DNA of 64,000 nucleotides from Deltaproteobacteria bacterium (GTDB lineage: Bacteria > Myxococcota > JACRCW01), in assembly GCA_016218805.1 (NCBI GenBank), contig JACRCW010000159.1, forward strand, positions 1 to 64,000, given 5' to 3'. The first letter of the stretch is position 1. Each line of letters begins with the position of its first letter. The notes beneath the pieces are model-generated. The model ran no database searches. It saw only the letters and a list, made by a program, of their open reading frames with translations, and was not told where the DNA came from. Below, piece after piece: positions 21,124 through 30,169 of this stretch. Made by a program: the position numbers and the translations under genes.

Positions 21124-21181
21124 CCCCCCCACCCGCCTCGGCGCTCCGCGCCGAGTCGACCTCCCCCCGCTTGGGGGGAGG
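21124..21181. repeat. REP-like double-hairpin element, copy B
   Basis: Near-identical to 10134-10193, differences mainly in loops. Confidence 0.75.
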
Positions 21182-21196
21182 TTTCAGTTGGAACCC

Positions 21197-23830
21197 TCAG
21201 TCCAGCGTGGTGCGCGCGTCACGCGCGTGCGTCCGCAACACCAGGTCCGCCACCAGCCCCGTCCAGCCCGTCTGGTGTGACGCACCCAGGCCCTCGCCCG
21301 TGTCACCGTGGAAGTACTCAAAGAACCACAGGTGATCCCGGAAATGCGGGTCATCCTGCAGCCGACGACGACTGCCGTACACCGGCCGCGTCCCGTCCGG
21401 CGCCAGCTGGAAGATGCGCACCATGCGCCGTGACAGGTCCATGGCGATCTCCCCGCAGGTCAGCTCCGGACCCGTGCGCGCCGGACACCGCGCCGTGAAC
21501 TCGTCCCCAAAACAGCGCTGCAGCCGCGTCAGCGCGCGGATCACCAGGTAGCTCGTAGGAAACCAGATGGGCCCGCGCCAGTTGCTGTTGCCGCCCTTGA
21601 TGCGGCTCACCGCCTCGGCCGGCTCATAGCCCACGCTCATCCCCGCAAAACGGTACGGCTCCCGCGCGTGCTCCTTGGACAATGACCGCGGCCCAAACGG
21701 AGACAGCATGCGGTCCTCGTCCAGCAGACGCTGCAACACACGCGCAAGGCGCTCCCGGTTCAGCAACGACAGCGTGGTCCGCCCGTTGGGCGCGCGGATG
21801 AGGCTGCGCGCCAGCTCCGGCCGGCGCTCCAGGAACCAGAAGAACCGCCGGCTGAAGTTCGGGAGCCGCTCAAACACCTCCGGCTCCAGCACGTGCACCG
21901 CGAACATCGGGATGAGCCCCACCTGGCTGGCCACCCGCAAGTACCGCGCGTCCCCGTTCTTCGTTGTCAGCAGGTCGTAGTACCAGCCCTCCTTGTCATC
22001 CCACAGCGCGGGCGTGTCTGCAGTGCCGTGGTTGATGGCATCCGCAATGTACAGGAAATGCTCAAAGAACTTGGATGCCAGGTCCTCATACGCGCTGTTC
22101 TCCTGCGCCAGTTCCAGCGCCATGCGCATGAGGTCCAGGCAATACATCGCCATCCACGCCGTGGCGTCCGCCTGCTGCAGGCGCGCGCCGTCGGGCAGGC
22201 GCTCGGACCGGTCAAACAGCGAGATATTGTCCAGCCCAAGGAAACCGCCCTCAAACACGTTGTTCCCCTCGCTGTCCTTGCGGTTCACCCACCACGCAAA
22301 GTTCATCAGCAGCTTGTGGAAGATGCGCTCCAGGAACACGCGGTCCCGTTTCCCCGTGGCGCGCGCCTCAAACTTGTAGACCTGGAAAGCGGCCCACGCG
22401 TGCACCGGCGGGTTGAGGTCGGAGAAGTTCCACTCATACGCGGGGATCTGTCCGCTGGGATGCTGGTACCACTCCTTCACCATCAGCTTGAGTTGCGCCT
22501 TGGCCAGCTCCACGTCGATGTGCGCCAGCGCCACGCAGTGGAACGCCAGGTCCCACGCCGCAAACCACGGGTATTCCCACTTGTCCGGCATGGAGATCAC
22601 GTCCGCCACGTCCAGGTGGTGCCAGTGTGCGTTGCGGCCCGTGCGCCGCTCCGCCGGTGCATCATTGCGGTCCCCGCGCAGCCAGGTGTCCACGTCGTAG
22701 TGGTAGTACTGCATGGACCACAGCAGCCCCGCGCAAGCCTGGCGGTGGATGCGCCGCGCGTCCTCCGGCATCGCCGGTCCCTCCAGCGCGTCGTAGAAAT
22801 CGCGGCAATCGCGCGCGCGTTCGCGGACCACGGCGTCCGTGTCATTCACCGCGGCGGTGGAGACCTGGTTGGTCAGCCGCACATCCACGGTGGCGGACGC
22901 GCCGGCGTCCACCTCCAGGCGGTACCACAGCGCGGCCTTGGTCCCCATTGCGTCGGGATTCACCGCGTCCAGGCGCCCGTGCACCACGGCGTCATGGAAG
23001 GCATCCTTGGTCCACGGCGTGCGGTTGGGGCTGTCCCACAGGCGGCGGTGGTTGGATTCATTGTGCGTGAACAGCACCTGCGGCGCGCCGCCAAAGTACA
23101 GGTTCCACGTCCCCAGCTTCTCATGCATGGCCACCAGGCGGTTGCCGTCCCGCCCGATGTTGGGCACCACCGCCGGCAGCTCCGCCTTCCAGGACCAGGT
23201 GTTGCGGAACCACAGCGTGGGCAGCACGTGCAGCGGCGCGCGCTCCGGGCCGCGGTTGTGCACGGTGATGCGGCAGTGGATGTCGTCCGCGGTGGCCTTG
23301 GCGTATTCCACAAACACATCGAAATAGCGGCCATCGTCGAATATACCGGTATCGATAAGTTCGAATTCGCCGGGGTCACTACGCCGGCGCGCGTTCTCCG
23401 CGCGCAGGCGCTGGTAGGGGAAAGCGGCCTGCGGGTACTTGTAGAGCATGCGCAGGTAGCTGTTGGTGGGCGTGGCGTCGAGGTAATAGTAGACCTCCTT
23501 CACGTCCTCCGCGTGGTTGCCCTCCATCCCGGTGAGCCCGAACAGGCGCTCCTTGAGGAACGGGTCCCGGCCGTTCCACAGCGCCAGCGCGAGGCACAGG
23601 TGCTGGTCGCGGTCACAAATGCCCGCAATTCCGTCCTCGCCCCAGCGGTACGCCTTGGACATCGCCTGTTCATGGGTGAGGTGGCCCCACGCGTCGCCAG
23701 TGCGGCTGTAGTCCTCACGCACGGTGCCCCACGCGCGCTCCGCCAGGTACGGACCCCAGCGCCGCCAGCGGCTGCGGCCCACGCGGTTCTCCCTGATGCG
23801 CTCCTGCTCCCGCCCGGTCCTCGTCGTCAC
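21197..23830 (-). CDS. GH63 (MGH1-like) glucosidase
   Basis: WGPYLAERAWGTVREDYS, SMPDKWEYPWFAAWDLAFH, GGNSNWRGPIW, GLGASHQTGWT. Confidence 0.92.
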   Translation of the reverse strand: MTTRTGREQERIRENRVGRSRWRRWGPYLAERAWGTVREDYSRTGDAWGHLTHEQAMSKAYRWGEDGIAGICDRDQHLCLALALWNGRDPFLKERLFGLTGMEGNHAEDVKEVYYYLDATPTNSYLRMLYKYPQAAFPYQRLRAENARRRSDPGEFELIDTGIFDDGRYFDVFVEYAKATADDIHCRITVHNRGPERAPLHVLPTLWFRNTWSWKAELPAVVPNIGRDGNRLVAMHEKLGTWNLYFGGAPQVLFTHNESNHRRLWDSPNRTPWTKDAFHDAVVHGRLDAVNPDAMGTKAALWYRLEVDAGASATVDVRLTNQVSTAAVNDTDAVVRERARDCRDFYDALEGPAMPEDARRIHRQACAGLLWSMQYYHYDVDTWLRGDRNDAPAERRTGRNAHWHHLDVADVISMPDKWEYPWFAAWDLAFHCVALAHIDVELAKAQLKLMVKEWYQHPSGQIPAYEWNFSDLNPPVHAWAAFQVYKFEARATGKRDRVFLERIFHKLLMNFAWWVNRKDSEGNNVFEGGFLGLDNISLFDRSERLPDGARLQQADATAWMAMYCLDLMRMALELAQENSAYEDLASKFFEHFLYIADAINHGTADTPALWDDKEGWYYDLLTTKNGDARYLRVASQVGLIPMFAVHVLEPEVFERLPNFSRRFFWFLERRPELARSLIRAPNGRTTLSLLNRERLARVLQRLLDEDRMLSPFGPRSLSKEHAREPYRFAGMSVGYEPAEAVSRIKGGNSNWRGPIWFPTSYLVIRALTRLQRCFGDEFTARCPARTGPELTCGEIAMDLSRRMVRIFQLAPDGTRPVYGSRRRLQDDPHFRDHLWFFEYFHGDTGEGLGASHQTGWTGLVADLVLRTHARDARTTLD

Positions 23831-23846
23831 GCCGTCCTCCGCGCGT

Positions 23847-24815
23847 TCAGTCGCGCTGCGCGGCAACGGCCGCGCCCATCAGCCCCAGCTGCGGCGCCTG
23901 CACCAGCCACGCGGGGATGGACTTCACCACGTGTGCCAGCCGCCCCTTGTTGTCGAATTCGCGGCGGAACGTCCCATCCGCCATGCGGTTGGCCATGCGC
24001 GGGGCAATTCCCCCGGCCACGTACACGCCGCCGCGCGCGACGATCTGCAGCGCGAGGTTGCCCGCCTCACTGCCCAGCACGCGCACAAAGATGTCCACCG
24101 CGCGTGTGCACAACGCGTCCTTCTCCTGCAGGCCCAGCCGTGTGACGACGGCGGCGGCGTCCTCGGCGGCCATCGCGTCGCGCGTGGTGGGCAGCACCTG
24201 GTCGGGGTGCTCGGCGGCAAGGAACGCGTAGAGGTCGCGGATGCCGGGGCCGGACACCACGCGTTCGTAGCTGGCGCGGCCGTACTTGCGGCGCAGGAAC
24301 GCGGCCAGGCGGTCCTGCTCGTCGTCCAGCGGGCCAAAGTCGCGGTGGCCGCCTTCAGTGGGAACCGGCTCATAGTGCATCCCGTTGTGCAGCAGGAACG
24401 CCACGCCCAGCCCGGTGCCCGCGCCCAGCACTGCAATGGGCGCCGTGGCCACGGGCAGCGCGTCACCGCCCAACGGCAGCGCCTGGCCGGGCCGCAACGC
24501 GGTGACGCCCAGGGCGGCCGCGTAGAAATCATTCACCACGCGGCAGCGGGAGACGCCCAGGCGCCGCTCAATGGCCCGCCCGTCCACCACCCACGGCAGG
24601 TTGGTCACGCGGCATACGTCCTGGGCCACGGGGCCGGCCACACCCAGGCACGCGCGTTCCGGCTGGCGCCCGGCCGCGCGCAGGAACGTCTCCAGGATGG
24701 TTTCCACCTCCGCGGCCTGCGCGGACGGGTACTGCCGCTCCAGCACAATCTCGCCGTGGTCGACGAGCGCGAGCCGCGCGTTGGTGCCACCGATGTCACC
24801 GGCAAGAACCAGCAT
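23847..24815 (-). CDS. glk: Glucokinase
   Basis: LAGDIGGTNARL, GVAGPV, TNLPW, VNDF, GAGTGLG, TEGGH, GGVYVAGGI. Confidence 0.93.
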   Translation of the reverse strand: MLVLAGDIGGTNARLALVDHGEIVLERQYPSAQAAEVETILETFLRAAGRQPERACLGVAGPVAQDVCRVTNLPWVVDGRAIERRLGVSRCRVVNDFYAAALGVTALRPGQALPLGGDALPVATAPIAVLGAGTGLGVAFLLHNGMHYEPVPTEGGHRDFGPLDDEQDRLAAFLRRKYGRASYERVVSGPGIRDLYAFLAAEHPDQVLPTTRDAMAAEDAAAVVTRLGLQEKDALCTRAVDIFVRVLGSEAGNLALQIVARGGVYVAGGIAPRMANRMADGTFRREFDNKGRLAHVVKSIPAWLVQAPQLGLMGAAVAAQRD

Positions 24816-24824
24816 GGGGGAATC

Positions 24825-25000
24825 TCCGGCCGGGGCTTGTAGCGCATCAGGGCGGGACGGGTCTTGTTGCGCGCTGGGGGCGCCGGGTCTCCATGCGGCA
24901 TGCTCCGCCGCCGCAGCGAGCGCCGAACAGCGCACCGGTGACGAGCCGGAGGCATTTCAGATCATTGACCGCGGCGTCCTGGTGGCCTGGAGGTCACCGA
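24825..25000 (+). repeat. Left direct-repeat copy at the glk promoter
   Basis: 24825-24913 matches 26158-26246 (12 mismatches in 89 by manual alignment); 24916-25000 is a degenerate copy of 26753-26838 (ASAEQRTGDEPEAFQII vs ASAEHRVGDEAEAFCII). Confidence 0.85.
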
Positions 25001-25132
25001 GCCCAACGTGGCGTCGACGCCGAAGGGGTCAAGGTTGCGCTACAAGTCATCCACGTTGGAAAGAAATGATCTGCTGCGCAAGGTTCCCCGATGCTTTGCG
25101 CGGCTTAACGCGGGTCAATGTCAACGTTAGGC
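25001..25132 (-). mobile_element. attC-like integron cassette recombination site (solitary)
   Basis: Minus strand GCCTAAC (RYYYAAC) overlaps the ORF stop codon; the 132-bp element ends in GTTGGGC (GTTRRRY); imperfect palindrome between them. Confidence 0.6.
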
Positions 25133-25387
25133 CGCGCTCCGATAGCGCGCGACAACCACCTCAGCATCCACATCCGCCACGCGCTCTATGATCCGCTGAA
25201 TTGAGTCCACAACTGCACCAGCCAAGAACGGCTCGCTGCAATCCCCGCAGACGCTGGCAGGAACTCCCTTAACGGTCACAACTCGTTCCCCACGGACGAA
25301 CGGCGCTGTGACGATGCCGGGCCCGAGCCGGCCTCCACAAAAAGCGCATGTTCCAGCAGCCACCTTATCGCCGTCGAGTGAAGCCAT
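25127..25387 (-). CDS. YgiT-type zinc finger protein (putative antitoxin)
   Basis: CAFCGG..VKGVPASVCGDCSE. Confidence 0.85.
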   Translation of the reverse strand: MASLDGDKVAAGTCAFCGGRLGPGIVTAPFVRGERVVTVKGVPASVCGDCSEPFLAGAVVDSIQRIIERVADVDAEVVVARYRSAA

Positions 25388-25708
25388 CGGACCACCTCAT
25401 TGGATCAGGACGATACGCTGTCACAATCACAACTCGATTGGAAGCCTTGTCGACGGCAACCACCGCGTGCACCGGAGCACCAGCCGCGGCCCAGCCCAGC
25501 ACAAGACAATCAGGCAGCGGCCGATGCACCGCCGGATAGTCTTCAATCACGGACCCGTCGGAGAGTGCACGCTCACGTCCCGGCGCAACAGGTTCTCGTC
25601 CACCATCCGCTTCACAGCGTGAATGGACCAGAGAATCGCGGCGGCGTCGCCATTCGCGGACGACCGCGTGCGCTCGTGTATGATCGACAGTTTCTCGGCG
25701 ACGTCCAC
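25365..25708 (-). pseudogene. DUF4258 family putative toxin, frameshifted
   Basis: ILWSIHAVKRMVDENLLRRDV then, in another frame, ERALSDGSVIEDYP..CLVLG..VHAVV..IVTAYRPDP..W; one G missing near 25574. Confidence 0.8.
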
Positions 25709-26157
25709 GCGTATCCGCTACCATGCATTCTGCCGCACGGTCCACGCGAAAAGCACGGCGGAACTTTGGCGCGTAAGCCTGGCGGCTGGAGGGGTGGAAC
25801 GTCGTTCCGCCGTGTACACGCCATCTAGAGCAGGGAACGGCAGCGCGGCATGAGCATCAACGCCGAGAAGAACCTGTGCAGCACCATCACGCCGACGGGA
25901 ACGCCGTACTTCTCGCATGCCCGGTGTGCCAGGCCTGCACGCGGCCAAGGAACGCCCTCTGTATCGCGACTCCTCCACCACCTCCCGGAGGAATGTGCCG
26001 AAATGCTTCGTGCAACGCGGTATTTCCGGCAGGTGTCGCTTCCGCCTTACGGGCCGATGACGGAACGGCCCGTGCCGGACCAGGTGAGCCACTGCGTCGC
26101 GCGAGCGGGTTTCCCGCCCTTCACCGCGACATCCCTGTCAGGATTCAGGGGTGGGCT

Positions 26158-26246
26158 TCCGGTCGGGGCTTGTGGGGGAGCTGGGCGGGACGGGTCTTGC
26201 TGCGCGCTTGGCGTGCCGGCTCCCCATGCGGCATGCTCCGCCGCCG
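26158..26246 (+). repeat. Right direct-repeat copy of the glk promoter region
   Basis: Aligns with 24825-24913. Confidence 0.85.
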
Positions 26247-26275
26247 TCGGCGACGGGCGGGTTGGTGGAGGCAAC

Positions 26276-26686
26276 ATGCGGTGTGGACGTGGATGGGTGA
26301 CGGGGTGTCTGCTGGCGCTGGTGGCCGGGTGCGGGTCGCCGCTGACCGAGCGCTGGGAGGGCGCCCAGAGCCGCTGCGACAGCGGCAACGGCTCCACGAC
26401 GGTAGAGTTGATGCTGGACGGCCCTGTCACGCTGTCCCCCAGCGGCACGTGGCGGCGGAACAACGTCGGCAACACCTGGGTGGAGTTCGATATCCTCGAC
26501 GCGACCTACATTGGCACGACGTTGACGTTCAGCACCGAGGCACGCGTGGAATTGTTCGGCGTGGTGACCATCATCCCCACGGACTACGAACTCACGCGGT
26601 CACCCGGGAAGCTCCAGGGCACGTCCACCACCCGGAGCAGCAGCATCACCGTCACGTGCGAGATTGATCTCAAACCTTCCCACTGA
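26276..26686 (+). CDS. Hypothetical beta-rich lipoprotein
   Basis: GGAGG RBS; LLALVAGC lipobox. Confidence 0.65.
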   Translation: MRCGRGWVTGCLLALVAGCGSPLTERWEGAQSRCDSGNGSTTVELMLDGPVTLSPSGTWRRNNVGNTWVEFDILDATYIGTTLTFSTEARVELFGVVTIIPTDYELTRSPGKLQGTSTTRSSSITVTCEIDLKPSH

Positions 26687-26698
26687 GCCACCAGCCGC

Positions 26699-26914
26699 AT
26701 GCCACGCCTGCGTACGCGCGAAGAACGCCTGATGGGAGCCGCGGTCCTCCAGGCGAGCGCTGAGCACCGCGTCGGCGACGAGGCGGAGGCGTTTTGCATC
26801 ATCTACCGTGACGTCCTGGCGGACCTGGAGGTCACCGACGAGGAAGTGAGCGCGTTCCGCGCCGCGCACCGCTATGAGGTGGAGGCCCGCGTGCGCCGCG
26901 GCGGCCCGCCGTGA
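26699..26914 (+). CDS. Small hypothetical protein coupled to the kinase
   Basis: 71 aa, host-like codons, GTGA stop/start overlap with the kinase. Confidence 0.65.
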   Translation: MPRLRTREERLMGAAVLQASAEHRVGDEAEAFCIIYRDVLADLEVTDEEVSAFRAAHRYEVEARVRRGGPP

Positions 26915-28398
26915 CCAGCGCGCCCGCCCGGCGGCCGCGCCGCTTGTCACTGGGTCCCCGGCTTGCGTTGGCGTTTGCCGCGCCGGCCACCGTGGCGGTG
27001 ATTGCCTGCGGGGCCGCGGCGTACCTGGGAACGCGCGCGTTGCTGGAGGAGGAGCTCGGTCGCCGGTTGTGTTCGTTGGCCACAGTGGGCGCCAGCCTGG
27101 TGGACCCGGAGCTGGCCGCCACGTTGGGGCCCAGTGACGAGGACACCCGCACCGCCCAGAACGTGCGCCGGCGCCTGGAGAGCGTGCGTGTGGGCGCCAG
27201 CGCATCGCGCGTGGTGCTGGTGGACCAGCAGCGCAAGGTGCTGATGGACACCAGCCGCGATCTTCCCATTGGCGCGGAGGCGCCGCGGCTGCGCCTGGAC
27301 CAGGTGGAACTGGAGCGCGCGGCGGGCGGTGCGCCCACCGCCAGCGTGCTGTTTGACGGGCCGGACGGGCGGCTGCACAAGAGCTGCTACGCGCGCGTTC
27401 CGGGCGACATGGCGATGTTTGTTGCCGTGGAGGGCGCGGCGGACCTGTTCAGCAACCTGGCCACGCTGGCCGGCCTGTACGCGCTGCTGTCATTGCTGGC
27501 TTTTGCACTCCTTACCGCGGTGGCCTTTGCGGTGGGGCGGCAGATTGCCCGGCCGCTGTTCCGCCTGTCCCAGGAGGTGCGCGCGGTGGGCGAGGGTGAC
27601 CTCAAGAGCCCCATCACCGTGTCTGACGACGACGAGGTGGGCCAGGTGGCCGCCGCGCTGGACGAGATGCGCCAGCGCATCAATGCACGTGATGCGGAGC
27701 GGCAGATGATGCTGGCGGGAATTGCCCACGAGGTACGCAATCCATTGGGCGGCATGGAGCTGTACGCGGGCCTGCTGGCCGAAGCCGCCGCCGAGCTGCC
27801 CGACGACAAGCCTGCCTTGAAGGAGGAGATTGTGAACGCGGCCGGGCGCATCCGGCAGGAGCTGCGCTACCTGGCGGGCGTGGTGAATGACTTCCTCACG
27901 TTTGCGCGGGACACGCCCCCGCAGCGCAAGGAGGTGCACGCCGCGCGGCTGCTGGGTGAAGTGGGGTCCCTGTGCGCGGGGGATGCGGGGAACAAGGGGG
28001 TGAACCTGGTGGTGCACCCGGCGGACCCGGCGCTGGTCATCCACGTGGACGAAGGGCTGGTGAAGGGGGCGCTGCTCAACCTGGTGCAGAACGCGGTGCA
28101 GGCCACGCCGGCCGGCGGCACGGTGGAGGTCCGCGCGGAGGTGCAGACCGCGCTGGTCCACCTGTCCGTGAAGGACAACGGCCCGGGCATGGACGAAGCG
28201 GCCCTGGAGAAAGCGCTCACGCCGTTCTTCACCACCAAGGAGAAGGGGACCGGCCTGGGCCTGCCGCTCGTCGTCAAGATTGCCCGGTCCCACGGCGGCC
28301 GGTTGGACATGAAGACGGCACCGGGCCAGGGCTGCCACGCGCAGCTGGTGATCCCCGCGCGGCTGACGGCGTCGGGAAGCCACGCGGTGATTGGTTGA
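26911..28398 (+). CDS. Membrane sensor histidine kinase with HAMP domain
   Basis: Two TM segments, HAMP (ARPL..DDEVGQ), AHEVRNPL, NLVQNAVQA, DNGPG, PFFTTKEKGTGLGL. Confidence 0.93.
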   Translation: MTSAPARRPRRLSLGPRLALAFAAPATVAVIACGAAAYLGTRALLEEELGRRLCSLATVGASLVDPELAATLGPSDEDTRTAQNVRRRLESVRVGASASRVVLVDQQRKVLMDTSRDLPIGAEAPRLRLDQVELERAAGGAPTASVLFDGPDGRLHKSCYARVPGDMAMFVAVEGAADLFSNLATLAGLYALLSLLAFALLTAVAFAVGRQIARPLFRLSQEVRAVGEGDLKSPITVSDDDEVGQVAAALDEMRQRINARDAERQMMLAGIAHEVRNPLGGMELYAGLLAEAAAELPDDKPALKEEIVNAAGRIRQELRYLAGVVNDFLTFARDTPPQRKEVHAARLLGEVGSLCAGDAGNKGVNLVVHPADPALVIHVDEGLVKGALLNLVQNAVQATPAGGTVEVRAEVQTALVHLSVKDNGPGMDEAALEKALTPFFTTKEKGTGLGLPLVVKIARSHGGRLDMKTAPGQGCHAQLVIPARLTASGSHAVIG

Positions 28399-28404
28399 GG
28401 CGGG

Positions 28405-29154
28405 CTACTCCAGCTTGAAGTCCTTCTCGTCAATCTTGGGGGTCACATCCACCTTCTGCAGTTCCTCCACGCGCACCAGCACGCCGTCACGCCAGGTCTC
28501 AATGCGCGCGGGGAAGAACTCGCCGCCGGCGGTTGAGCCCCACGAACGGTAGCGCACGTCCACCCACGGACCCGATGGACCCGCGTCGGTGCGGGGGCCC
28601 ACGGGGTACACCGCCCGCATCAGCAGGTAGTCATCCTTGTCCACCCAGATTTGCGCCGTACCTGCCGCGGTGCCGCCCAACACCCACGCAATGCGTCCGT
28701 CCGCCCGGGAATACGCCACGTTCTCGCCCACGCCCCACGCCGCCAGCAGCGCCACCGCGCGTGCCTGCGCGGCTTCGCGTTCATCCGCATCCGCACCCAT
28801 GGCCCACAGCGACGCCAACAGGTCCGCCTCCGGCTCCACCTTGGTGCGCTTGTCTCCCTCCACGCTGAGGGCCCGCGCGGGGTCGGCCACGTACGCGTGC
28901 TTGCCCGTTGCGTCGGTCCACTCGCGGCGCCACCGGCCGCCGCTGCGGAAGGTGATCACTTCCTCCACGGGCTCACCCGCGGGCTGCCCGTTCACCAGCT
29001 CCGTGCGCTTGAACCACGCCCGCAGCGCTTCCAGCTTCTGCTTCTGCCGCTTCTGCGCCACCAGGCCCAGGATGTACGGCGCGGGTGGCGCGTACGCCTC
29101 CGCCACCGTCGTCACGGCCAGCACCACCGCCATTGTTGCCAGCGCGCGTTTCAC
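28405..29154 (-). CDS. Exported hypothetical protein (possibly LolA-like fold)
   Basis: Signal peptide (AEA); QIWVDKD and FPARIE pattern. Confidence 0.55.
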   Translation of the reverse strand: MKRALATMAVVLAVTTVAEAYAPPAPYILGLVAQKRQKQKLEALRAWFKRTELVNGQPAGEPVEEVITFRSGGRWRREWTDATGKHAYVADPARALSVEGDKRTKVEPEADLLASLWAMGADADEREAAQARAVALLAAWGVGENVAYSRADGRIAWVLGGTAAGTAQIWVDKDDYLLMRAVYPVGPRTDAGPSGPWVDVRYRSWGSTAGGEFFPARIETWRDGVLVRVEELQKVDVTPKIDEKDFKLE

Positions 29155-30065
29155 CGCGGCACCTCCTGGAGCAGGCGCTCCATCATGCTGCGCGTGGCCA
29201 CCTGCAGGTCAGGACGGGACAGCGCGTAGAACAGGGACGCCTCCAGGAAACCAACCTTGTCACCCGCGTCAATGCGGCGCCCCTCAAACTGGTAGCCGTA
29301 CAGCCCCTCACCGCGTGCAAGCGCGGCCAATGCGTCCGTCAGCTGGATCTCGCCGCCGGCGCCGGGGCGGGTGTGCTTGAGCGCATCCCAGATGGTGGCG
29401 GGGAGCACGTAGCGGCCAATGACCGCCTGGTCCGTCTTCTCCGTGCCCTTGGGCGGTTTCTCCACGAGCGCGGTGATGCGCATGAGCCGCGGGTCACCGC
29501 CTTCACCAAAGGAGCCCTCCGCGGCGCCGTACATGTGGATCTGCTCCCGCGGGACACCCATCAGCGCAATGACGCCGCGCCCGCCCACCGCGGCGGACGC
29601 GTCCATCAGTTGCTTGATGGCGGGCCGCTGCGCCGGGGACGTGCGGAAGATGAGGTCATCCCCCAGCAGCACGGCTGCGGGCCGGTTGCCGACGACGGGA
29701 TGGGCGGCCAGGACGGCGTGCCCCAGGCCGCGCGGCTCCTTCTGGCGGATGGCAATGACCTCCACCTGGTCGGCAATGGCCTTCAGCCGGTCCGCCTCCG
29801 CGGTCTTGCCGCGGGAACGCAGCGTCGTCTCCAGTTCGTACGCGTAGTCAAAGTGGTCAACAATGCTCTCCTTGTTGCGCCCCGTGACCAGGATGACCTG
29901 GCGGATGCCAGCGGCCACCGCTTCTTCGACGATGAGCTGGATGGTGGGCGTGTCCGCGATGGGCAGCATCTCCTTGGGGATGGCCTTGGCGGCGGGCATG
30001 AAGCGCGTTCCCAGCCCCGCGGCCGGGATGATGATGGACTCCACCTTGGGTGCCGGCGTGCTCAT
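29151..30065 (-). CDS. galU: UTP--glucose-1-phosphate uridylyltransferase
   Basis: IPAAGLGTRFMPA.K.IPKEMLP, RQKEPRGLGHA, GEIQLTDAL. Confidence 0.93.
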   Translation of the reverse strand: MSTPAPKVESIIIPAAGLGTRFMPAAKAIPKEMLPIADTPTIQLIVEEAVAAGIRQVILVTGRNKESIVDHFDYAYELETTLRSRGKTAEADRLKAIADQVEVIAIRQKEPRGLGHAVLAAHPVVGNRPAAVLLGDDLIFRTSPAQRPAIKQLMDASAAVGGRGVIALMGVPREQIHMYGAAEGSFGEGGDPRLMRITALVEKPPKGTEKTDQAVIGRYVLPATIWDALKHTRPGAGGEIQLTDALAALARGEGLYGYQFEGRRIDAGDKVGFLEASLFYALSRPDLQVATRSMMERLLQEVPR

Positions 30066-30169
30066 CGGGGTGTGCTCTCCGTGGGGCGCGCACCTCGTGG
30101 GAGGTGGCCGGGGTCGGGCCCGGACGCGTACCATACGGGGCCCCCCAGTCCGAAACCCCCGAGGTGCCT

